Shown here piece after piece: positions 8,901 to 15,364 of a DNA stretch of 27,672 nt. The DNA is from an uncultured Planctomycetaceae bacterium (lineage in GTDB: Bacteria > Planctomycetota > Planctomycetia > Pirellulales > UBA1268). The notes below the pieces were generated by a model. It ran no database searches. It saw only the letters and a program-made list of their open reading frames with translations, and was not told the origin of the DNA. Each line of letters starts with the position of its first letter. Within the stretch, counting starts at the first letter, position 1. Where the stretch lies: the NCBI GenBank assembly GCA_903958265.1, contig CAJBSQ010000281.1, positions 1 to 27,672 of the forward strand. The letters are read 5' to 3'. A program made the translations under genes and the position numbers.

Positions 8901-10412
8901 GTGCAGCGGGCCGGGAGCGACGCGCTCGATTCGCAGATCGAGAACGTCACGAACTCCCTCCTTGCCACCGTGGACGAAGCGGAGGCCTCCGCCCGCGACC
9001 GGGCTGAGGCGGCGAAGCGGCTGGTGCTCCTGCGGCCGGCCGACCTCGGCGTCGTCAAGGAACTCCTCGGGCGGATCACCGCCCGCACGTCACCCGATGT
9101 TGCCGGCGGACTGCTCGCCGCCGTCGCTGAGTCGAACGCCCTGGGCACCGCCGAGGTGATCCTCGACACGGCCGGCACGCTGCCGCCGGCGATCCGCGAG
9201 GCTGCCTTCCGGACTGCGGTGAACAACAAGGCCTGGACGCCGGTGCTGGTCGAGCGACTCGAGCTGGGCGCGATCCGGCTCACGGATCTGGCGCTCGTGG
9301 AGCGAAACCGGCTTGCCGAACTCCCCGACAAGAAGCTCCGAGAGCGGGCCAAGAAACTGATCGCCGCTGGCGGTGGCCTGCCGAACGCTGATCGCCAGAA
9401 AGTGATCGACGAGGTCCTCCCTGTGGTGCTTGCCGGCGGTGATGTGGCTCAGGGCAAGGCTCTCTTCAAACAGCACTGCGGCACGTGCCACGCGCATTCG
9501 GGCGCGGGGGGCAAGGTCGGACCCGAGCTTACCGGGATGTCGGTCCATCCGCCCCGAGAGCTGCTCATTCATATCCTCGACCCCAACCGCTCGGTCGAGG
9601 GCAACTACCGGGCCTACACGGTGGCTACCGACGACGGTCGCGTCGTCAACGGCCTGCTCGCCGGCGAGAGCAAGACGTCGATCGAACTGCTGGACGCCGA
9701 GGGCAAGCGGCACGTGGTGCAGCGGGATGAGATCGACGAGTTCGTTCCTTCGACCAACTCGCTGATGCCGGTGGGGTTCGAGAAGCAGATCCAACCGCAG
9801 GGACTGGCCGACCTGCTCGCCTTCCTTACGGCCCGGGGCCGGTACGTGCCGCTGCCACTCGACAAGGTGGCCACGGCGTCGAGCACTAAGGGAATGTTCT
9901 ACGAATCGAAGAGTGAAACCGAACGGCTGGTATTCCCGGACTGGGGTCCGAAGCAGGCCGACGGCGTTCCGTTCATCCTCATCGACCCGCGGGGCGACAC
10001 GGTTCCCAACGTCGTCATGCTCAACGGGCCGCAGGGCACTCTGCCGCCCACGATGCCGAAGAAGGTGTCACTGCCCCTGGGCATGCCGGCGAAGGCGATC
10101 CACCTCCTCGGGGGCATCTCGGGCTGGGGCTGGCCGCACTCGGCGAAGGGAAGCGAGTCGATGCTCGTGCGGCTGACCTACGACGACGAGAGTCAGGAAG
10201 TGCATCCGCTGGTGAACGGCGAGCACCTCTCCGACTACATCGCCCGCAACGACGTGCCGGGTAGCACGTTCGCCTTCGACCTCGGCGGCCGCCAGGTCCG
10301 CCACGTGGTGGTGGTGCCGAAGCAGCCGAAACCGATCAGGACGATCGAGCTCGTGAAGGGCGGCGACGGCACCGCCCCGATCGTGCTGGCCGTCACCGCC
10401 GAGATGCTCTGA
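5994..10412 (+). CDS. Secreted PVC-type heme-binding CxxCH protein: ThuA-like domain + beta-propeller (putative membrane-bound dehydrogenase) + HEAT-like repeats + cytochrome c + C-terminal domain
   Basis: ATG 5994 follows GGAG and starts a signal peptide (MVRFVCAAALALGSFLGAARA). ThuA-like segment (VLFLGDRGHH...GRVFYTAWGHD); propeller (AFDHDGRLFV, WGLDGWIYG, GPDGQVWVIDWYN); Ala/Leu-rich helical repeats; CGTCH at 9477-9491; GPELT; NSLMP. About 1472 aa. Confidence 0.85.
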   Translation: MVRFVCAAALALGSFLGAARAAEGPIKVLFLGDRGHHKPAERFGQLQPVLASRGIDLVYTDDLADLTADVLQAYDALAVFANIESITPKQESAIVDYVRGGKGLVPLHSASFCFQNSPVWIDMVGAQFQKHGTGEFQTEIVAPEHPVMKGFGGFASWDETYVHTKHNERGRTVLEERVEGTHREPWTWVRTEGNGRVFYTAWGHDQRTWGHPGFHNLVERGIRFAAGRDPQTAGPFVSHPEMTQLPDGLAPFDYQPAHVPFYVPKADWGKMGEPITAMQKPLEPEASRRHAITPVGFTIALAAAEPLFQAKPLAFAFDHDGRLFVSESVDYPNAIVLPGEGEGHDRIVRLDDRNGDGTFDTRVVFAESLSICTSMLAHDGGLIVTQAPHTLFLKDTNGDGKADVRTELFTGWGTYDTHAGPSNLTWGLDGWIYGMVGYSGFKGEVGGETLEFKQGFFRFQPDGSKLEFLRSTNNNSWGVGFSEEGVLFGSTANGNPSEQMPLANRVYERVRGWNAATLGGISGSPEMEVAPRKGTADGKAPVRQVDHHGRFTAAAGHRLYTARAYPREYWNRTAFVCEPTGHVVATFEITPSGAAFRSRMAWSLVASDDEWTSPIQADVGPDGQVWVIDWYNFIVQHNPTPAGFENGKGNAYETPLRDKVHGRLWRVVHDATTNTPQRTTLANATPDELVATLRDTNMFWRLRAQRKLTERAGGRPDGGHDVVPAVVKLVQDASVDEIGLNPAAIHAIWTLKSLGAIDGVTADAAAVAAVQGALKHPSAGVRINAVRALPRTAATLAAWRAAGVAADAAPLVRLALLDGLGECPVSPEATDLVLAMLADPRTGADPVLADAATSAAAIQAVGVLPALISAMLQAPGQQPPLADDVSPARLALVERVAEHVARGGDAAAVSSLVARLTSAQPDTAAAALTGLARGWPNGRRIEFDAAGRGALVHLVGTLSPAAQGQLITLVQRAGSDALDSQIENVTNSLLATVDEAEASARDRAEAAKRLVLLRPADLGVVKELLGRITARTSPDVAGGLLAAVAESNALGTAEVILDTAGTLPPAIREAAFRTAVNNKAWTPVLVERLELGAIRLTDLALVERNRLAELPDKKLRERAKKLIAAGGGLPNADRQKVIDEVLPVVLAGGDVAQGKALFKQHCGTCHAHSGAGGKVGPELTGMSVHPPRELLIHILDPNRSVEGNYRAYTVATDDGRVVNGLLAGESKTSIELLDAEGKRHVVQRDEIDEFVPSTNSLMPVGFEKQIQPQGLADLLAFLTARGRYVPLPLDKVATASSTKGMFYESKSETERLVFPDWGPKQADGVPFILIDPRGDTVPNVVMLNGPQGTLPPTMPKKVSLPLGMPAKAIHLLGGISGWGWPHSAKGSESMLVRLTYDDESQEVHPLVNGEHLSDYIARNDVPGSTFAFDLGGRQVRHVVVVPKQPKPIRTIELVKGGDGTAPIVLAVTAEML

Positions 10413-10563
10413 GCCGGTTCCTCTGAGAACTCCGGGGGCGGGAGGGCCTGGGCAGTCCCAAGCGACGGGGACGATGCGGGGCCGCGATCGGGGCCATGAC
10501 CATGACCTCACGAAGGCCAGCCGCCGGTTGAAAACCCGGGCGCCAAAGGGGCAGGGGTTTCAG

Positions 10564-11163
10564 TCAGCGGAACGTCGGCAGAGCGACACCCCGGGCCTTC
10601 GCATGGACGACAAGGGCCTCCTCGTACCGCGCGGCGACCGCGCGGCGGTCTGCCGCCGCCTTGCGGGCGGCCTCGTCGGGCGGCTTGGCATTCGGATCGT
10701 TTCCACCGCCCCGCCGCCCGGGCCCACGTTCCCGCGGCATCCATGGCGGATCGTCCGAATCAGCCTGAGGGTTGAGGGCGATCATCAGGGCGCGGAGCGC
10801 CACGAGCCGCTCGATCTCTGCATCGAGCAGCAGCGGTTTGTCGGCGGCCGGCGCGGTGAAGTAGCGGTCGATGGCCTCCTGCCGACGTCGCCGCCAGTCC
10901 TCGCCTACCGCCCGCCAGAGCTGCCCCAGTTCGTCACGGGGCATGCGGTCGACGTTGGCCACTAGCTGGCGGATCGTCTGCTTGGCGGGCGGGCCGCCCA
11001 GATCCAGCAGGCCCGTGGCGATGGCCACCGTCTCGGGCACCCGGGTGGCCTTCGGCCAGAACCAGAACACCGCGACCGCCACGAGCAGGGCCAGCACGGC
11101 AGCGATGACGAGGGCGACGGTGCGGTTCGACGACGGCGTGGGCTCGGGAACGGAACGGGCCAT
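10564..11163 (-). CDS. Hypothetical membrane-anchored protein
   Basis: ATG 11163 follows GAGGT and lies 10 nt after the upstream stop. One TM helix (VALVIAAVLALLVAVAVFWFW) followed by a helical charged domain. No family recognised. Confidence 0.7.
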   Translation of the reverse strand: MARSVPEPTPSSNRTVALVIAAVLALLVAVAVFWFWPKATRVPETVAIATGLLDLGGPPAKQTIRQLVANVDRMPRDELGQLWRAVGEDWRRRRQEAIDRYFTAPAADKPLLLDAEIERLVALRALMIALNPQADSDDPPWMPRERGPGRRGGGNDPNAKPPDEAARKAAADRRAVAARYEEALVVHAKARGVALPTFR

Positions 11164-11173
11164 GGCAGCGACC

Positions 11174-12205
11174 TCAGGAGGGCATCTCAACCACCGCCTT
11201 GATCACGCCGCTCGCTGGGTCGAGCAGTCTGGGAAACTCCGCCGGCAGCTCTGCAAACGGAAGCCGGTGCGTGATCCAGGGCCGGGTGTCGATCGTACCA
11301 TCCTCGATCAGGCCGATGATCCTCGAAAAATCCCGCGACAGGGCGTTGCGGCTGGCCAGGATCGTGAGTTCTCGGCGGTGCATCGCCGCGGCATGGGGAA
11401 ACCGCACCTCACCCTGGGTGATCCCAACATAGACGAGCCGGCCCCCGAAACTGCAGACGTCCAGGGCCGCCGCCATGCTCGCAGCGCTGCCCGTGGCATC
11501 CACCACAAGCTCGCACATCCTGCCGTCGGTGAGCTGCCCCACGGCCTCACTGTCGGCCGGCGTGCCGGTGGCCAGCACGGTGTCGGCCACGCCCATGGCC
11601 GAGCGGACGAAGTCGAGTCGCGGCTGCGACTTGTCCATGACGATCACCCGGGCCCCGGAGACCTTGGCGAACTCCAGCGCCGACAGCCCGATCGGCCCTG
11701 CCCCGATGATGAGCACCGTCTCGCCGGGCTGCGGCGCGCCGCGGTCGATCGCGTGGCAGCCGATCGCGAGCGTCTCAACCAGGGCGTTCTGCTCGGCCGT
11801 GAGCCGTGGCGACCGATGGAGCTTGCGGGCGGGCAGCGTGAAGAGCGGCCGGAGGCCGCCGTCGCAGTGCACGCCGAGCGTGTGGTGGTGGGCGCAGCAG
11901 TTGGTCAGTCCCCGAACGCACGAGTGGCACCGCTGGCAGTTGATGTAGGGCTCCACGCAGCAGCGGTCGCCGGTCTTCACGTTCGCCACGCCCGACCCGA
12001 CGGCCACCACCTCGACACCCAGTTCGTGCCCTGGGATCCGCGGGTAGCTGAAGAAGGGCATGGTGCCGAGGTAGCCGCCGTAGTCGGTACCGCAGATGCC
12101 CACGGCATGAACGCGGACGAGGGCCTCGCCGGGGCCGGGCGCGCCGGGCTCGGGCATGTCGATGAATCGGAACGCCTGCGGGCGCTCGAGCAGTAGGGCC
12201 TGCAT
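11174..12205 (-). CDS. Zn-dependent sugar-acid dehydrogenase, YjjN/LgoD (L-galactonate 5-dehydrogenase)-like
   Basis: GICGTD, MPFFSYPRIPGHE (E. coli YjjN as I recall: QPFFSYPRVLGHE), structural Zn CxxCxxCx7C, GAGPIG, acidic residue after beta-2 (NAD preference), SRNA. RBS AAGGAGG. Confidence 0.85.
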   Translation of the reverse strand: MQALLLERPQAFRFIDMPEPGAPGPGEALVRVHAVGICGTDYGGYLGTMPFFSYPRIPGHELGVEVVAVGSGVANVKTGDRCCVEPYINCQRCHSCVRGLTNCCAHHHTLGVHCDGGLRPLFTLPARKLHRSPRLTAEQNALVETLAIGCHAIDRGAPQPGETVLIIGAGPIGLSALEFAKVSGARVIVMDKSQPRLDFVRSAMGVADTVLATGTPADSEAVGQLTDGRMCELVVDATGSAASMAAALDVCSFGGRLVYVGITQGEVRFPHAAAMHRRELTILASRNALSRDFSRIIGLIEDGTIDTRPWITHRLPFAELPAEFPRLLDPASGVIKAVVEMPS

Positions 12206-12238
12206 GAAACCTCCTTCGCCGCGGTCACCGCGGTCGCG

Positions 12239-13069
12239 TCACGTGAGTCCGTAGAACCTGGTGGCGGTGCCGCCGTGGATCTGGGCCTGCTCGTCGGCAG
12301 AGAGCCGCCCGAAGTAGTCGCGGGGAATCGCCGCCACGTCGGCATACTCGCCGGCGAGCAGGCAGACCGGCCAGTCGCTGCCGACCATCAGCCGCGCCGG
12401 CCCGAAGGCCTCGAGCACCACGTCGAGGTAGGGCGTGAAGTCGTCCGGCTTCCAGCCGCGCCGCGCCGCCTCGGTCACCATCCCCGACACCTTGCAGCAG
12501 ACGTTGTCGTGGCGGGCAATCGCCCGCAGGTCCCGCTCCCAGCCCTCGATCTCGCCGGCTGCGATCCGTGGCTTCGCCAGGTGATCGACCACGAACGGCT
12601 GCTCGGGGACGAGCCCCACGAGTTCGATGGCGGCCGGCAGTTGGTCGGGATAGAGGAGCAGGTCGTAGGTCAGGCCGTGCTGGTGGAGCTCCCGCAGCCC
12701 CCGGCCGAAATCACTGCCGAGCACGAACCGCGGGTCGGGCTCGTCCTGCACGACATGCCGCACGCCGACAAACGTCGGATTCGCGGCGAGCGCATGGAGA
12801 TCGTCACCGACACGATCGCTCCGCAGGTCGACCCAGCCAACCACGCCCTTCACGAGCGGGTGGGCCTGTGCGAGCTTCAACAGCCAGTGGCTCTCCGCCA
12901 CGCTCTGTCGGGCCTGAACGGCGACCGAGCCGTGGATACCCTCGGCGGCAAGCAGGGGTGCGAGGTCCTCGGGCAGGTAGTCGCGGGCGAGCCGTTCCAT
13001 GCCCGGGCCGATCCAGGGGTACTCCGCCGCCGAGTAGTTCCAGAAGTGCTGGTGGGAGTCGATGCGCAT
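12239..13069 (-). CDS. Amidohydrolase-family sugar lactonase (COG3618; L-fucono-/L-galactono-1,5-lactonase-like)
   Basis: True start is ATG 13069 (MRIDSHQHFW), 5 nt after the AKR stop. Motifs HQH, GVRHVVQ, VVDHLAKP, CKVSG, GSDWPVC. 276 aa. Confidence 0.85.
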   Translation of the reverse strand: MRIDSHQHFWNYSAAEYPWIGPGMERLARDYLPEDLAPLLAAEGIHGSVAVQARQSVAESHWLLKLAQAHPLVKGVVGWVDLRSDRVGDDLHALAANPTFVGVRHVVQDEPDPRFVLGSDFGRGLRELHQHGLTYDLLLYPDQLPAAIELVGLVPEQPFVVDHLAKPRIAAGEIEGWERDLRAIARHDNVCCKVSGMVTEAARRGWKPDDFTPYLDVVLEAFGPARLMVGSDWPVCLLAGEYADVAAIPRDYFGRLSADEQAQIHGGTATRFYGLT

Positions 13070-13074
13070 GGCGG

Positions 13075-14007
13075 TCAGTTGTTCTCCGGCAGGCCTTCGC
13101 TGTGGCCGACGTTCTTCACGGCCGCGAAGATCGCCTGCACGTCGCGGGCGAGCTCGGTGTCGATTGGCTCGGCGGCCCAGCTCACCCAGTGGCGAATGTT
13201 CGCGGGGTTCGCACTCCCCGCCACTGTGGTGGCGATGTCGGGATTGGCGATCGAAAACTGCAGGGCGAGCTTCGCGATCGACGACCCGCGGGCCCGGCAG
13301 AGTTCGGCCGCCCGCCGCGCCGCCGCCTTCACGTCCTCGGGCTCCTTGAGCCAGGCGGGGAGGGGAGCGTCGGTGAGGAGCCGGGCGCTGAAGGGCCCCG
13401 CATTCATCACACCGATGCCTCGCGACGTCAGCCACGGAATCGTCTCGTCGGCAAATCGCGTGTTCTGGAGGGTGTACTGGTTGTAGTTGAGCACGCAGTC
13501 GACGTCGGCCTGCTCGCAGATGAAGCGAAAGATCTTCTGCGGGTAGCCGCTGATGCCGATGAACCGCACCTTCCCTTGATCGCGGGCCTTCCGGAGCGCC
13601 GGGAGTGTCTCGTCGATGATCTGCTGCATCGGCACGAACTCGATGTCGTGGCAGAGCACGATGTCGAGGTGGTCGGTGCCAAGCCGGTGGAGCGACACAT
13701 CCACGCTCTCGGACACCCGCTGCGCCGAGAAGTCGAAGTGGGAAAGGTCGTAGCGGCCAAGTTTCGTGCAGAGGAGATAGTCGTCTCGTGGCACCGACTC
13801 GAGCGCGAGGCCGAGCAGCACCTCGCTCATCCCGCGGCCGTAGAACGGGCTCGTGTCGATCAGGTTCAAGCCGCCCGCGAGAGCCTCTCGCACGCTCGCC
13901 AGCGCCTCGTCGAGGGTCACCGACCGGAACTCCTGCCCGAGCGAACTCGCCCCGAACGAGAGGATCGGCACCTCGAGGCCGGTTGTGCCGAGTGGTCTGG
14001 TTTTCAT
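13075..14007 (-). CDS. Aldo/keto reductase, L-galactose dehydrogenase / D-threo-aldose 1-dehydrogenase-like
   Basis: Start MKTRPLGTTG at 14007. SFGASSLG, IDTSPFYG, TKLGRY, FDFSAQRV, LCHDIEF and ETLPAL match, from memory, plant and Bacteroides L-galactose dehydrogenases (FDFSAERV, HCHDIEF). Confidence 0.85.
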   Translation of the reverse strand: MKTRPLGTTGLEVPILSFGASSLGQEFRSVTLDEALASVREALAGGLNLIDTSPFYGRGMSEVLLGLALESVPRDDYLLCTKLGRYDLSHFDFSAQRVSESVDVSLHRLGTDHLDIVLCHDIEFVPMQQIIDETLPALRKARDQGKVRFIGISGYPQKIFRFICEQADVDCVLNYNQYTLQNTRFADETIPWLTSRGIGVMNAGPFSARLLTDAPLPAWLKEPEDVKAAARRAAELCRARGSSIAKLALQFSIANPDIATTVAGSANPANIRHWVSWAAEPIDTELARDVQAIFAAVKNVGHSEGLPENN

Positions 14008-14017
14008 GTCGTCGCTC

Positions 14018-14473
14018 TCAGGCAAACGTTCGACAGCCGAGGGAGAGCAACAGATTCGCCCACGGCTGCGTGTCGGCCGTCTGGATCGTGAGCACGTGGT
14101 CGTCGGAGGCGACGGCCGCGTAGAAATCCCACTTCACGATCGGCACCAGTGTGCAGGGCGACGTGGCCGCGGCAAGGATGCGGCGATACTCGGCCCACAC
14201 CGGCGGGTCGCCCGGCGTGGCGGTGGCGTAGGAGTCGGCTCGATCGACCCCCATCGTGAAGACCTCGTCGACCTGCACGGCGGCGAGCACCGCCCCGAAG
14301 ACCTGTGCCACCGTCGGCACGCCGGGAACCAGTTGCAGCGAGACGAGCTCCGCCCGCGGACCCCGCTTCGTGAGGGCGGGGTAATTGCCGTCGGCGATCA
14401 GCACCTTCGCATGGTGCCCCGACCGGGCCAGCACGCGGAGAATCTCGGGATGCAGCAGGGGCCCATTGAGCAT
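14018..14473 (-). CDS. RbsD/FucU family sugar mutarotase / pyranase
   Basis: ATG 14473 follows GAGGAG. MLNGPLLHPEILRVLARSGHH...LIADGNYP and DFY...IQTADTQPWANLLL fit the FucU/RbsD pattern (GH, DAxFP-like, FY, T..(Y/W)xN). 151 aa. Confidence 0.8.
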   Translation of the reverse strand: MLNGPLLHPEILRVLARSGHHAKVLIADGNYPALTKRGPRAELVSLQLVPGVPTVAQVFGAVLAAVQVDEVFTMGVDRADSYATATPGDPPVWAEYRRILAAATSPCTLVPIVKWDFYAAVASDDHVLTIQTADTQPWANLLLSLGCRTFA

Positions 14474-14490
14474 CGTTGTATCTCCTCGCG

Positions 14491-15306
14491 TCAGGCGACC
14501 AGGTGCCGCCGCAGGCTGGCGATCGTCCGGCCCGCCGCCTCCGACGGCGTCGGCCACGGATATACCTCGGCGGACAGCCAGCCTTCATAGCCGATCATCC
14601 GCAGGGCCGCCACGACGGCCGCCGGGTCGGTGTGGCCGAAGCCCATCGCCCGGCGGTTGGAGTCGGCCCAGTGGACGTGGCCCACCCGGCGGCCGCAGGC
14701 GGCGAGCCCGCCGGCGACATCGTCCTCCTCGATGTTCATATGAAACAGGTCGCAGAGCAGTTTCACCGTCTCGAGACCATGGGCCTCGAGGAAGGCCGCG
14801 GCCTCCGCCTGACGGTTCCAGAGGTCGGTCTCGTACCGGTTGAGCGGCTCGTAGAGGAGAGGCTGGCCACGCCGGGCAGCCTGGTCGCCCAGTTCGCCGA
14901 GCGCGTCGGCGAGCATGACGAGAGCCGCCTCCCGCGGCACCTCGCTGGTCGTCCGGCCCTGCATCGAACCGATGATGGCCGGCGCCCCCAGGTCGCCCGC
15001 CACCTCGATGATCGACGCGATGAACTCCCGCGCCCTCCGCCGGACGGCCTCGTCGGGATGCACCAGGTGCAGGCCGTGCTTGACGAATCCGGCGCCTGTC
15101 CCGATGGCGGCCAGCGCCAGGCCATGGGCCGCGAGCAGGGGATTCACGGTCCGCACCGCCACGTCGTCGGCCCCTGCGGGAAACAGCTCGACGCCGTCGA
15201 AGCCGGCGTCGGCCGCGGCCCGGCAGCCCGCCTCCAGCCCGCCGTGAAACACGAACGGCCCGCGACCTGCCTCCGGCACTAGACAGATCGTGATGGCTGA
15301 TTTCAA
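14491..15306 (-). CDS. Sugar-keto-acid epimerase, xylose-isomerase-like TIM barrel, IolO (5-keto-L-gluconate epimerase) / ketose 3-epimerase-like
   Basis: Probable TTG start at 15306 (GAGGGG upstream; GTG 15309 is an alternative). AIGTG...LVHPDEAVRRRA, EPLNRYET, DLFHMNIEE, HVHWADSNR, GFGH, SAEV. From memory this is close to T. maritima IolO (AIGTG...LTHPNDEIRKKA, EPLNRYET, DTFHMNIEE, HVADSNR). Confidence 0.8.
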   Translation of the reverse strand: MKSAITICLVPEAGRGPFVFHGGLEAGCRAAADAGFDGVELFPAGADDVAVRTVNPLLAAHGLALAAIGTGAGFVKHGLHLVHPDEAVRRRAREFIASIIEVAGDLGAPAIIGSMQGRTTSEVPREAALVMLADALGELGDQAARRGQPLLYEPLNRYETDLWNRQAEAAAFLEAHGLETVKLLCDLFHMNIEEDDVAGGLAACGRRVGHVHWADSNRRAMGFGHTDPAAVVAALRMIGYEGWLSAEVYPWPTPSEAAGRTIASLRRHLVA

Positions 15307-15323
15307 CACAACCCCCTCGTGCA

Positions 15324-15358
15324 CCGTTGCCTCGAAGCCGCCGGCGCGGCAACGGCTT
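15324..15358 (-). other. Intercistronic hairpin(s) between uxaE and the IolO-like gene
   Basis: 8-bp inverted repeat CCGTTGCC/GGCAACGG (15324-15331 / 15348-15355), with an alternative 6-bp pairing AAGCCG/CGGCTT (15335-15340 / 15353-15358). No U-tract. Confidence 0.3.
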
Positions 15359-15364
15359 TCTCGC

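Noticed and set aside
10413-10563. Convergent intergenic region with an imperfect inverted repeat (10529-10562) and CATGAC twice in tandem
   Set aside because: The stem is mismatched and the repeat trivial; no convincing terminator, sRNA or ORF.
11174-14473. Reading the cluster as the oxidative L-fucose or D-arabinose pathway
   Set aside because: No fuconate dehydratase or 2-keto-3-deoxy-fuconate enzymes are present, and a 6-deoxy sugar or pentose cannot give a keto-uronate substrate for UxaE. Side activity remains possible.
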